The notes beneath the pieces are model-generated. The model had not been told where the DNA came from. It ran no database searches and saw only the letters and a list, made by a program, of their open reading frames with translations. This document shows, in pieces, positions 24,513 through 37,007 of a stretch of DNA of 64,000 nt. The number at the start of each line of letters is the position of its first letter. Position 1 is the first letter of the stretch. Location: positions 33,216,644 through 33,280,643 of the forward strand of contig JAHRHZ010000024.1 in NCBI GenBank assembly GCA_024137785.1. The letters are read 5' to 3'. Source of the stretch: Ginglymostoma cirratum (Eukaryota). The position numbers and the translations under genes are program-made.

Positions 24513-25199
24513 AGAAATTATTTTCTCATTTTCTGAGTGAAGACTGTAACCTGTTCCCTGCAGCTCTGTAGTTGCTCTAAGAGATGGTCATGTCCATAAA
24601 CAATTTGTTTAAGATGTCAATCTAATCTTCAAATTACATGAAATCTCATTTACACCAAACTTAAGACAACTGTGGCAAGAGCAGAGATCGGGTAGGCAAG
24701 TGCAAATGCGCTCCTCAGTAGGGTGCATTGATTTCACTGGCAACATATTAAGAGCTTGCCTTCTGACTATGGGAAATTCACTGAGATGGACAGCCATTGG
24801 GAGCTCTGAGAGGCTGACCAGCTCTGACCTGGCAGGAACAGACAAGCAGCACTCAAGCAGTTTTATTTGATGCAAAATAAGTGCAAGTTTAGTCAAAATA
24901 TGACAGAGTAAGGGAGTTTTCATAACCAACCTTGTTTTACCCTACCCCAGGTCCCAGCCTGCTGTTCACCCTAGTCACTCAGAAGCTCAAGCTCTTTTCA
25001 GTCTTTTATTGTCAAAGACAGATAGGAGCCATTGCAATGACATGCAATTCAGGCTAGGATCTATTTCAATTCCCATCTACTAATGGTGTAGCAGGCCAAC
25101 ATCAGAATATCTCATGGCAGCCTGGAGACCAAGACATTACCCAAGCAGGATCACCCCATCGTCCAAGTCACATCCCTGTTGGGAAGATCATGCCTATGA

Positions 25200-25870
25200 C
25201 ATTACTGGGAAAGGTACAAAAGGCGATCAACAAAAATTACACTAAAAATGGGAGGATATTAATGTCAGGAAAGACTGAACAGACCAAAATCTATTTCCTT
25301 CTGCAGGGAGTAACCTAATGCAGATCTCAAAAATTACAAAAGCATTGGAAAGTGTAGGCGCAGAGCAGATCTTTTTCACTTGGGAAGAGTCTAAAGCTGA
25401 AGTCCTAAATACAAGTGACTCTCTAATAATTCCAATCAGGAAGCAGAGATTAGCTAGAAAGTGAACACAGAATAGATGAGGTGAACAGCATCAATACATT
25501 TAAGACAAATGTACATAAGGAAAACAGAAGGATATTCAGATAGGATTTGATGAATTAAGGTTGAGGGTGGTGTTAATTGTGCCCCAGGGTGAGGACATCC
25601 CACTTGCCCTGGAGGTGAGTCATTACATGCAGAAAGATATATAAAATGAGCCACTTAATAAATCTGCGGTGTAATTAAACCAGGAGATGTACGCTTATAG
25701 TGTTTTACTTCGCAAATAAATACAGGACTGACTTTGTCCTCTCAAAGCTAGAATTCATCTTTCACCAACTGGCTTCTTGGAACAGAACAGCAGACTCATG
25801 TAGAGCATAAACTCCGTCATAGGCCAGCTGGACTCAATGGCCTGCCCATGTGCTGTACATTCTATTCAAT
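25200..25870 (+). mobile_element. Old CR1 LINE 3' fragments, interrupted at ~25570-25770
   Basis: gggaaaggtacaaaaggcgat..gggaagagtctaaa..gcatcaatacattt..ggatattcagatagg..catgtagagcataaac..ggccagctgg..aatggcctg..tgtgctgta. Confidence 0.6.
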
Positions 25871-26888
25871 TCTTTCATTCTGCCTTTGTAAAGTGTTTGA
25901 ATATGGTTGATCTACAGTGACAATCAGACAGGCAGAGTCTGTTCCAGGTTGTATATTAACAAATAATGAAAATGTAAAAGATACATAGATGTGTACAGCA
26001 CAAAAGGAGACCATTGTCAACATTTGCTCAAGCAATCCAAACTAACCCTCTGCTGTTGTCACCCCCTTAGATACATTGTCTGCCTCTGCTCCAAGTGTTT
26101 ATCCAATAGGCGATAGAACAGACTTAATTCAACACCTTATTACATTATTGGTAAACAAAATGCACATCAAGAAGTGCCACTAAAGAATACAATATGATCA
26201 AACAACCTGCAAATGCATTGATTACTGTGTCAATGTGCTCATTCTGAGTCAGCTTATCCATAAGTCATTAATTTGAAAATTGAACAGTCTGCAGATTTCT
26301 GTCTTAAAATATCGATCTAATTTTCTACATGTTAATAAGTTATTACTTCAACTGCCATCTTAACCTAGGGTCTAAGTTTTCCAAATATTGACAGTTTTTA
26401 TGCAAAATGTGACTTCACAAAGTTTTTCTCAGGGTTTACAGAAAAATGTTAGGATGCAGTTATGTGTGTGGTCAGACGTAAGAGATTACTAAATTAGTTC
26501 AGCCATTCATTTCAAAATCTTCAAATTAGTCACTTATTTTAGATAGAAGAGTGTTGCTCTGCGTAATCTGCCAGCCAACAAAATCATATTCTTACAAATC
26601 AGTCCTTTCAAATACCTGTGTTCATTTGATTTTAATAGGTCATTAATTACAAAGAAAAGCACTCAGTCCCATTTTTCTTCTGCTAAAGAGAGACCAACTG
26701 TAGCATCCAAGCCTGGAGGCCCAGCGAAAAATTTCAAACTAGCTTTAAAAACCTCATCCAATTTTTATTTCCCAATTCTACCTATTTCATAGATAGTAGG
26801 AACTGCAGATGCTGCAGAATCTGAGATAACAAGGTGTAGAACTGGATGAACACAGCAGGCCAAGCAGCATCAGAGGAGCAGGAAGGCT

Positions 26889-26916
26889 GACGTTTCGGGC
26901 CTAGACCCTTCTTCAG
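26889..26916 (-). ncRNA. Minimal hammerhead core in the PLE terminus
   Basis: Reverse complement CTGAAGA-a-GGGTC-ta-GGCCC-GAAAC-GTC; stem I weak. Confidence 0.65.
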
Positions 26917-28067
26917 AAATGGGGGAGGGGAAGGGGGTTCTGAAATAAATAGAGAGAGGGGGGGAGGCGGATAGAAGATGGATAGAGGAGAAGATAGGTG
27001 GAGAGGAGACAGACAGGTCAAAGAGGCGGGGATGGAGCCAGTAAAGGTGAGTGTGGGAGGAGGTGTAGGGGCAGGTGTAGCACTTCCTGCGGTTGCAGGG
27101 AAAAGTGCCGGGTGAAGTGGGGCTGGAGGGAAGTATAGAGCGAACAAGGGAGTCATGGAGAGAGTGGTACCTCTGGAAAGCAGACAAGGGTGGGGAGGGA
27201 AAAATGTCCTTGGTGGTGGGGTCAGATTGCAGATGGCAGAAGTGTCGGAGGATGATGCGTTGGATCCGGAGGTTGGTGGGGTGGTACGTGAGGACGAGGG
27301 GGATTCTGTTTTGGTTCTTATTGCGGGGACAGGGTGTGAGGGATGAGTTGCAGGAAATGCGGGAGACACGGTCGAGGGCGTTCTCGACCACTGAGTGGGG
27401 GGAAGTTGCGGTCCTTGAAAAACGAGGACATCTGAGATGTATGGGAGTGGAATGCCTCATCCTGGGAGCAAATGAGGCAGAGGTGAAGGAATTGGGAATA
27501 GGGGGTGGAATTTTTGCAGGAAGGATGGTGGGAGGAGGTGTATTCCAGGTAGCTGTGGGAGTCGGTGGGCTTGAAATGGACATCTGTCTCTAGGTGATTG
27601 CCGGAGATGGAGACAGAGAGGTCCAGGAAGGAGAGAGAGGTACTAGAGATGGTCCAGGTGAACTTAAGGTTGGGGTGGAAGGTGTTGGTGAAGTGGATGA
27701 ACTGTTTGAGCTCCTCCCGGGAGCACAAGGCTTCAAAAACCCCCTTCCCCCTACCGCATCCCAAAACCAGCCCAGCTTGTCCCCGCCTCCCTAACCTGTC
27801 CTTCCTCTCGCCTATCCCCTCCTCCCACCTCAAGCCCCACCCCCATCTCCTATCTACTAACCTCACCCCACCCCCTTGACCTGTCTGTCCTCTCTGAATT
27901 GACCTATCTCCTCCACAACTCCCCCACCTACACTCACCTTTACTGGCTCCATCCCCGCCTCTTTGACCTGTCTGTCTCCTCTTCACCTATCTTCTCTTCT
28001 ATCCATCTTCTATCCGCCTCCCCCTCTCTCCCTATTTATTTCAGAACCCTCTTCCCCTCCCCCATTT

Positions 28068-28095
28068 CTGATGAAGGGTCTAGGCCCGAAACGTC
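28068..28095 (+). ncRNA. Minimal hammerhead core in the inverted PLE terminus
   Basis: CTGATGA-a-GGGTC-ta-GGCCC-GAAAC-GTC; stem I weak. Confidence 0.65.
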
Positions 28096-28197
28096 AGCTT
28101 TCCTGCTCCTCTGATGCTGCTTGGCCTGCTGTGTTCATCCAGCTCTGCACCTTGTTATCTCTACTTTTTCATGTTTGTTCTTTTCTTAATTTCTATA

Positions 28198-28492
28198 ACA
28201 GTGGCTCAGTGGTTAGCACTGCTGCCTCACAGCACTAGGGACCTGGGTTCAATTCCACCCTCAAGCAACTGTCTGTGTGGAGTTTGCACATTCTCCCAGT
28301 GTCTGCATGGGTTTCTTCTGGGTGCTCCGGTTTCCTCCCACAGTCCAAAGATGCGCAGGTTAGGTGGATTAGCCATGCTAAATTGCCCATAGTGTTCAGG
28401 TATGTGTAGAACAGGTGGGTTATAGGGGGATGGGTTGGTGTGGACTTGTTGAGCCGAAGGGCCTGTTTCCACACTGTAGGGATTGTATGATC
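28198..28492 (+). mobile_element. HE1-type V-SINE, near full length
   Basis: gtggctcagtggttagcactgctgcctcacagc (A box), ggttcaattcc (B box), V-domain ctgtgtggagtttgcacattctccc..gggtgctccggtttcctcccacagtccaaaga, tail ccgaagggcctgtttccacactgtagggatt. Confidence 0.92.
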
Positions 28493-30488
28493 TATAACTG
28501 ATCAACCTCAAACAATTCTTACTGTTTCGTCAAACCAAGTATTTTGGTATGCTCTTACAGATTGAAAAAAAGACACACAGGGCTATGAAACTTATGTTTC
28601 AGAACGTAAACACAACATCTTACCAGCAATGACATTCAAATGACCAATACCACCAAATGACATCATTCAGTCACATTACTGCAGTGTCTCAGTACTGTCA
28701 AGCACACAATCAGAGACAACAAGAGGAATAAAAGGCCCTTCCATAGCTTCATTTTAAACAGAAAGGAAATTACTATTCTATTCATCCAATGCAACTAGAC
28801 ATGGATGTATTAATTCAGCTGCTGAAGCAGATGCATTGAGCTGTAACATCAATCCGTCCAGTACACGACGAAAAAATATCAGATCAACTGAATTAATATC
28901 AGCTGTCAGCACACAAATGTTGAGAACCCTTCTTTCTATTTCTGTCACTGTCCCCTTTCTATCCCTTAAAAAACCTGCCAACTATCCACTGGGCATTTTG
29001 TGGTGCTTTCAGCACAAATAGACCCAAGAAGAAAAGGTTTGCATTCACTGCCCTTTTAGAAAGCAGCATTTCCTTTTCACAATTGTAATGTAGTGCTGTC
29101 ATCAATTGACCGCTATTAGATCCCAAACTATTACATATTGCATTATTTTCTCACATACATTTATTGCAGTTTTTAATAATAATGCTGCCAATTAGGTATT
29201 GTCAATATTAATACTGAAAAGAAATATGTATTCTCATATCACTTTCACATTTATAAAGATCCTTTGCACTCCATATGTTTTTTTTCCACTACTTAGTTTT
29301 TTTTCACAAAGTTGAAATATTATTTCTGAAGGTTCAAAGACTTAAAGCATAGAAACATTATTTTAAGCTTGAAATTGCTGGGCTTTTATACTGAGACCAG
29401 TACACTTGGCAGAAATCTCTGGCAACGAGAGCGCAGATGGCTCAACAGAGCAGTGAATGCATCGCAATGCAAGTGGCATATGGTTACTGTACTCTGCTCC
29501 CACATAGCGGAAGCTTCTTGAGCAGGCTTTTTGCTATCCATTTCCAACAAACTGTAAATGTGTGTTCATTTTATGATATATTAATAGGCCAATGCTGTCC
29601 ACTACTGATACAACTATCTCATAGTTCTTCAGCCTTTAGGTTCATCTTCCTTTCATTATAGTCAAAGGGTAACAGACAAGCTGTTGAGCAACAGGAACCT
29701 ACTTTTAACTCAAGTGCCAATGCCACTGAAAGAGTCGGGACCATCATGCAATACGCTGGTGTTAATCATTTGTTTCTCACATTAAAAAGAGAATCAAAAT
29801 GGAGAAGAGAGGACAGATCACACAACACAAAATCCTTCATTCAAAAAGTATACCTGCATTGCACTTAAGAACACAAATTCATAAGTCACTTCCAAATTAC
29901 AGCAAAAGATGTCTCTCTTATTACTTGAGGTTACCTTTTGCTAACCCTGGGTGACAAACTTGAAAGGGAGTTCAGTGCAACACAATATCCTAAAAATAAA
30001 GAACTGCACTACCTAGATAGGATTGTAAATATCTGGGTCCATAGAATTAACTGAAGTACATCACATCAACTGGAGTAGCACTGGGTTTGCTGAACATGGG
30101 AAGTTTTGCTAAAGTGGTGAGTGAAATTTGCCCCTCTGCTCATGTTGCTCCCAGTACCAGGGTACACAAGACAGCTGTATAGTGTGCCAGCCTGGACAAG
30201 ACAGTATATGGTATTGGTAGTTTCTTGCAGACAGTGAATACTGAAAGCATGTGAGCTTGTGACAAGAAACAATGAAAACATGCACAGCAGTCAGATTTCT
30301 GATGCAGGCTCCACTTCCAACTGTGCGAAGAAAAAAACATGGCAGCAAAATCTAAAGATAGGCTTATGTATCCCTGCAGACCTTCTGTTATAATTTGGAG
30401 AAGTTTAATGAGGGCATGCAGGGGCCTGAACAAGGGGAGGAGAACAGGGTATAAGAAATCCCACAAAATAAGGTTAGAGTAGACTTAC

Positions 30489-30552
30489 CTTCCGCATTAG
30501 CAAGTAGTAGGAAGCACAGGAACACCACCAGTGGCCTGATTTTATGCATCAT
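30489..30552 (-). CDS. PTPRD: First coding exon (CDS part) encoding a signal peptide MMHKIRPLVVFLCFLLLANAE + 1 nt; probable type IIa receptor protein tyrosine phosphatase delta
   Basis: Minus strand reads ...gccaagctgtcgg ATG ATG CAT AAA ATC AGG CCA CTG GTG GTG TTC CTG TGC TTC CTA CTA CTT GCT AAT GCG GAA G|gtaagt: consensus donor, phase 1. It has a basic n-region, a hydrophobic core and an A-N-A cleavage motif. It has the same 21-codon+1 layout and M.H..R...AE pattern as the human PTPRD N-terminus as I recall it ([21 protein letters not shown]). Paralogs PTPRS/PTPRF are not excluded without a search. Confidence 0.75.
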
Positions 30553-30656
30553 CCGACAGCTTGGCACCAGCAGCCGTTGGCAGCCTCGTTCTCACTGTCT
30601 TACAAGCTGCTGCAAGTAAGTGCAGTCTGAAACTAGAGATGCTGTGTGCTCAGAAT
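30553..30656 (-). other. PTPRD: 5'UTR portion (104 nt) of the same exon; splice acceptor AG at 30657-30658
   Basis: Minus strand: actgattttattttttgacattgtatttttgcag|attctgagc..., i.e. a branch-like ctgat, a T-rich tract and CAG. No ATG in the UTR part. Whole exon 30489-30656 = 168 nt. Confidence 0.7.
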
Positions 30657-32479
30657 CTGCAAAAATACAATGTCAAAAAATAAAATCAGTATTTGAAACT
30701 CCAGAACATCCTCTTACATTTTCAAACCATTTACCATTAAAATGTGGTTGTCAAATTAGGGAGAGTACAACAACAGCGCTGCCCAAACAGAAGAGATCAA
30801 AAGGAACATTGTACCATGTAAATCACCATTCCATTGGAGAAGGCTTTGTCGTTTCCAGACAGACATCATGTAGAATGAAGCCAAAACTAAACAAAAAACT
30901 GAAACGCTGATCAGCTCTTTGAATTCCACTTTCTTAGCCAGTGTCCATGTTCCTCTGTCAGTGCAATCCTCCAGACCAAATTAATCAAGTATGCAGGTGC
31001 CCAGCACATAAGAGATTGGCACAAGCACTCTTCTCCCTCCTCTACCATCGTACTGGGACAGTAAATGCCAAGTATAGTCTGATCCTGTCATTTTCAATCT
31101 GTATCCTAAACAACATTGCACAGCAGCCAGATGCTTTGTAACATTCCCAGATCTGTTGCAAATGTAGGTAACACAGAAAAGCGCATACAAAAGGGAGGAG
31201 ACTTCTGAATGAAGTATGCAATCAGCACTGATGGGGGTCCTGAATCAATGCCAGCACCCCCCACATAGTAAGCAGAGTGCTGCTTCTGTTATTGATGTAT
31301 CAAAATCATGCTTCAAAATTAATCTTAAATACATTATACAACGACACGTCATCTCCAATATAGAGATACATTTGTCACATAAAATAGTCAACATGTTGTT
31401 GCAAAGGCTCAGCAGCTTGATGATGCTTTACTTAAATAATGGGACAAAAATACAAGACGAAAATCATAGTTGACATTGCACTAGCATCAGCGGCAATACA
31501 TCTCAGCAAATGTGCCAGCCTACTGCCACTGACCCATCATCTCAAAGAGAGACTGATAATTAAATGTTTTCAAATTAATCATTTTATATAATTTTCATTG
31601 ATCAGTTCACACCGACAGCAACTTTTCTTTTAACTGACAAATGCAGAAGGAATTTTTTTAAAGCCAAATTTCAAAACTGGAACTTGCAATGAGCTGGTTG
31701 GTTCTCTTTTGGACAAAAAGCAACAATCATTCAGCAGACGCAAAGAGTGAGAGACAATGCAAAAAATAACTGAGAAGGATAGTTAGCATAATCACAAAAT
31801 GCAGTAGATATCCTTCCAAAGACTTGAGATAGGTATTATTTCGTGGAATGGGTTTATAGATAATGTAGAGCAAGACAAAGCAAATGGATTGAGAAAGAGA
31901 GGGAAAGCAGGTTCCAAGTTAAAACAGCGAAGTTGAGAAAGAGAGCGATTTCAAGAAAAAGACTAAACTATTTCAATCTAGTAGCTTGTCTTTGTACTTC
32001 TCATCACCTTTACCAACACTGCCATAATCTAGTCGCAAACAACACTGTTTTCACATCCCCTTTAAACAATATCCTCATTTTTGCGAATTACCAAGACAAT
32101 TCAGGTAAAGATTCTAAGATTCATATCCAAGCAAACTTGTCATCCTGGGTGTGATAAGGTCATCATTGTTTGTAACTCAGGGACTTGCAAGCTTCACATT
32201 TTCATAAGTTTTGGAAGATCTTTGCAAAATCAATTACTGTCCCAATGAAAACTGGTGCCATATTTTGATGGGTGAGTTTTGACGTTAGGTTAAAACTTGG
32301 CAGCTTTGGAGGGAAAATCAAGGCCCAGGAGACTGCAACTCCCATTAGCTGACCCCATCAGGATTCAGACCTCTCTCAGAGGGACCAGGGGTTTCCTGGA
32401 TTTGGAAGTTCCAATCCAGAGGACTGTCAGCTTGGGAGAGAAGCAAGTGTACATACAGTAAGAATTATTACTTTAATCT

Positions 32480-33010
32480 TGTTTGATGAATATTCAAGAT
32501 GATGAAATTGAAATGCTTGCAGGCAAAGTTAAGTACTGCAGTTGGATGTATGACGACCAAAACCTTGGGGGGCACCAGTAACCAAAAACCAAACTGGACT
32601 AACCACATAAATACTATAACTCTAAAAGCAGGTCAGACGCTCAAGATGCTGCAGGAAATAACTCATCTCCTAACTTCCCACAGCCTGTCCATCAGCTACA
32701 AGGCACCAGCCAGGAATGTGATGGAATACTCCCCACTGACCTAAATGAGTGCTGCTCCAACAACACTCAAGGAGCTTGACATCAACCAGGACAAAGCAAC
32801 CTGCTTGACTGGCACCACATCCATGAACATCCACTTCCTCCACCATTAATGCTCAGAAGCAGCCATGCGTACCACATACAAGATGCTCTACAGCAACTCA
32901 CCAAAGATCTTTAGACAGCACCTTCCAAATTCACAATCAATTCCATCCAAAAGAACAAATACAGGGAAACACCACCATCTGTAACTTTCCTCCAAATCAG
33001 TCACTGATCC
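32480..33010 (+). mobile_element. CR1-clade LINE (3410-type family) fragment
   Basis: QKPNWTNHINT..KAGQTL..HLLTSHSLSISYKAPARNVMEYSPL. Confidence 0.85.
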
Positions 33011-33387
33011 TGTTCCATAGGAATTCACTTGGTTCTTACGATAAAGTCAAATAAGAGCATCAAAACAAAGAAGCTGGAAAAGGAAGATACAGGAGTGGAA
33101 ATAAGGTACCACAGTGGAAAAGGGGCAGATCCAAGTGAACACAAACACACAGGGAAAGGCAGAGAAATAATACGAACAGTAGAAAAGCCAGAAGACAGGC
33201 AGTATGAAACCCAGGAATGGGAACTTGATTAGTAGTGAAACGGGCAAAAAAATTATTTGGGAGCTTGATTTCAAATAAGATATAATGTGGCATCTGTTTT
33301 CAACTGTTCTCTGCCTATTCATTCATCTGGTGAAAATCACCTCTTCACGTCAGTTTAATCAGACACATGAAACTTATAATAGTTTAA

Positions 33388-33602
33388 AGGGGTTGGCTAG
33401 TGCAATTGGCTGGTTTACCGTGTCAAGTAATGCCAACAGTATGGATCCAATTCCCACACTGGCTGAGGTAATTATGAAGTACCATCATTTTGAACCTCTC
33501 CCCTGAGGTGAGATAACCCTCAAATGAAACCACCACCAGTCATCTCTCTCTCATGAGGCAGCAGCCTATGGTTTGGTAGGACGTTGGCAACTCTTATCTT
33601 TT
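33388..33602 (+). mobile_element. tRNA-derived SINE, degenerate
   Basis: taatgccaacagtatggatccaattcccacactggctgaggt..aaaccaccaccagtcatctctctc..gcagcctatggt; similar to 57620. Confidence 0.6.
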
Positions 33603-35453
33603 TAAAGAAGTTTACCACTCACTTATATTCAAAACCAAGAATTAAAATTGTTTAAGCTAAGCTTGGGCTGAACTTTCCCTCGGGAAATATTGGAATTGAA
33701 GATTCTTCGCATTCAAAGTGGAAACTCCTGTCAATACTGACTGTGAAGTAGGGCCATTGGTCCTTAAAGAGAATTTTCACCTTGGTTGTCAACCTTTGTT
33801 CAGGAAACATTTAACAATTGGAATTAGGATCCACAGATGATTACTTGCAAGGTCGGTGATCTGTTTCATAGCTGACCCCAGTTTATTCTAACACACGAGC
33901 TGTGTTGCACACAGGTTAGAACAGCATGCAGTTCACCGAGGCTACAAGTGTTCCAAAATACTACTACAGGAATGTCATGTGGCAAAGTAGCATTACTTTC
34001 ACTGCTGACTGTGAAGTATCATAGTTTATTTCATTGACAAAACATCAGACTCTTCTGATTTACGATAAGTTAATGCATGATTACAAGAAGATTCCAATAC
34101 CTACAGAAATAGCCAGGATGTATTTGAAAACATTCCATTAAACATTACACTAGCTAAAACAGAGAGCAATATGTAATATATTTGGTTTTCAATAGACTGC
34201 AAGGCCAGAGAAAAGACAGATACTGACTCTTCATTTCATGGTTATGCCACAGTGAAGGAGATGATGATGTGCACTGTGCTCTCTATGTTAATAGCATCAC
34301 AAACATCACTAGAAGATTTCTTACATTGACTATTTCTGATTAAAAAGCCATAAAAGTTCTAAGAGAACCTGTTCACTTGTTCTTCAATGTACAGTAGGAT
34401 CATTGCACTATTAATCTGCAATAAACAGAAGTAGTCTTGTCCTACAATCAGTGAATCTAATATGCCCAAAAAGGTTGATCCAAAAGTAGATGTACAACAT
34501 TAAATATCTGTATCTAATTCACCTTGGAACTGAAACTTAAAATATCACAACTTACATCTGTCTTGTCAGTTGTATACTTGGTATCATCACTTACACAATA
34601 TCTAACTTCAATTACATGGTTTCAACTTATCCCATTTCATGCATCACTTAGAAGTGCACTTACAATGGGAACCTTTGCCCCTCATGAAATATTTTCTGTT
34701 TCTATTTGCAACAGAAAAAAAATCTATTTCCTTCTTTTCCATGTTAAGCAATTATTCAGCTTCAGATTCACTTCCACCCATTAATCCTTTTTTTTAGTTC
34801 CTTCACTGCCTCCAACTTCCAAATTTCCAAATGAGCATCTGTTATCACATTTCTAACAGTTATCAAAATCCACAAAATAGGTTGTACAAAGAGCTTTGCA
34901 GATCATTCTTCCACTGCCTTAGCAAAAGTGCAGCCCAGCACAGCCTTCATTCCACCCCATGACAACACTAAAGAAAACCGCAGGGAAGAAGCCACTAAGT
35001 AAAAATCTCGATTCCCACTCAAAGCTAATAAGAGCATTGGAATCCAGCACTCAATATGCTGATCAGATCTGTGTTCCAGGGTCTATCAAAAGACAAAAAA
35101 AAGTATCCAGCCTTGTACAGAAGATACTGGCAGACATGGAGCAGACTGCCCACGGATGGACTGACTCAAGCCACCTTGAGAGCTCTAATGACTGAAACAT
35201 ACAACAAATCCCAAAATACTTGTTAATGTATTCTACCAATGCTATTTTAGAGCAGCAAATTGAACATTTAAGAAACTATTGTGGACAAAAGCAATATTGA
35301 TACCAAATAATGGGAGAGCTCACTGAGGAACTTCTTGAGCTGCATCCTACATTTGAAAAACAGTTGGACACGTCAGTTGGGGCAACTGGTGCTCAGCAAT
35401 GAAACTTCCTTATTCAGACACACAGGTCTTGTATACTACAACCACAGGTAGAG

Positions 35454-35485
35454 TAGCGCCCCCTCTGTGCCAAACGCAAGTGCAG
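35454..35485 (-). promoter_or_regulatory. Candidate CTCF-binding site with upstream motif
   Basis: Minus strand CTGCACTTGC-gttt-GGCACAGAGGGGGCGCTA; the 3' core AGGGGGCGCTA matches the consensus, the 5' core is imperfect. Confidence 0.4.
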
Positions 35486-36543
35486 CAGTGTGACACCTTA
35501 TTCCATTTACTAGGTTCTCTGAGTCACATCAATGTGACCTAACAAATTAAAGGCCAGCTCATAGTGTGGACTCAAACCTAAGAGAAAAGATGAACTGTGA
35601 TTGCCCCATACTCCTGTCACACAGAAACCTTACAAATCGCAGATAGCAGAGGCTTTCATCAATACATAAGCTCACGGCCAAAATGTGGAAATGAAAGTAA
35701 ATATTTCACTGCACAATTGTATTCCTCTCAGCACTATTTACATTTGTTAATTGCAACACCTTCCGAAAAGATTAAGAGAATTATTTCACACAGATGATGC
35801 AATTATATGTGGCATAAAACTATTACTTCAAAGATCTGTGGGGTCCTGGAATAGAAAGGAAAGTGCCAGAAAAACAAGAGAAACAAAGTGTCAAAAATCA
35901 ATTTGGTAAACCTTTCCTAGAAAGCTGACTCCTCTCAGAAGGACTATAAAGCTGATGGTTATTTACTGTGATTTTCAGTCCACTTCCCCATCCTTCACAG
36001 AACTGAATTTGAAAAGCTCCAGAAAATCAGACATAGTTGTGAGTAATTATTGAAGAGTAGAGGACACTCAGAGTAAAGTACAATTTCTTAAAAGCACTCC
36101 TTAGGCAATACAAGAATAGCAACTTACCACTGTACCGTTAGACTCTATATTATTCCAACAAAGGTGGTCTTATTTTTTAGTCCGAACACCTCACTGTTAC
36201 TTAAAACTCTTTTTTTCTTATTATAACATCATTCCTACAATACAATTCATCTCTAAAGGCTTCATAGTGTCTGTTTGTCACCTCTCATTCTTGTTGAAAA
36301 CCTCATCAATTTAACAGACATTAAAAAAATACAATGTAATAGCGATAAGGCACATTAGTGCAGTCAACATTTCTAGAGATCTTCTCTTTCTTCCTCTCTG
36401 CTCAATCTCATAAACACGAACCAAGTCAAAGAAATACAACTTTCACATCAACATTGGACAAACCACTTCACATAATAGAGTGCAGTGATTCCAGAATGTG
36501 ACATTTACCTGGTCTGTCCAAAACAAGGCTGAAGAATAATTAA

Positions 36544-37007
36544 GAGATAACAAGGTGTANNNNNNNNNNNNNNNNNNNNNNNNNNNNNNNNNNNNNNNNN
36601 NNNNNNNNNNNNNNNNNNNNNNNNNNNNNNNNNNNNNNNNNNNNNNNNNNNNNNNNNNNNNNNNNNNNNNNNNNNNNNNNNNNNNNNNNNNNNNNNNNNN
36701 NNNNNNNNNNNNNNNNNNNNNNNNNNNNNNNNNNNNNNNNNNNNNNNNNNNNNNNNNNNNNNNNNNNNNNNNNNNNNNNNNNNNNNNNNNNNNNNNNNNN
36801 NNNNNNNNNNNNNNNNNNNNNNNNNNNNNNNNNNNNNNNNNNNNNNNNNNNNNNNNNNNNNNNNNNNNNNNNNNNNNNNNNNNNNNNNNNNNNNNNNNNN
36901 NNNNNNNNNNNNNNNNNNNNNNNNNNNNNNNNNNNNNNNNNNNNNNNNNNNNNNNNNNNTACACCTTGTTATCTCAGATTCTCCAGCATCTGCAGTTCCT
37001 ACTATCT
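36544..37007. mobile_element. Self-inverted PLE-derived insertion (26791 family) spanning a 400-N gap
   Basis: gagataacaaggtgta[N400]tacaccttgttatctc...actatct; TSD ctgaagaataat at 36529-36540 and 37008-37019. Confidence 0.85.

Larger units (their letters stand above)
26791..28160 (-). mobile_element. Penelope-like retroelement: 5'-truncated minus-strand copy (26791-27725) joined to an inverted 3' terminal copy (27728-28160)
   Basis: ORFs 27318..27986 and 26870..27583 give the PLE RT C-terminus/linker (TNTFHPNLKFT..SLSFLDLSV..TDVHFKPTDSHSYL..SSHHP..PYSQF; RIPLVLTYHP..GTFPCNRRKCYTCP). 26824-27053 is the reverse complement of ~27930-28160. Degenerate TSD ctacctatttcat (26778-26790) / ctactttttcat (28161-28172). 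Confidence 0.92.

Noticed and set aside
26782-28238. Pro/Ser-rich and Gly/Glu-rich ORFs as host genes
   Set aside because: Alternative frames or antisense of the Penelope element; the true frame is frameshifted and deleted.
28198-28270. tRNA-like sequences at SINE heads as tRNA genes
   Set aside because: They continue directly into SINE bodies, and no full cloverleaf was seen.
1-30488. Second coding exon (Ig1, PPRF..GGVASF)
   Set aside because: Not found by eye on the minus strand; probably beyond the window, though a miss is possible.
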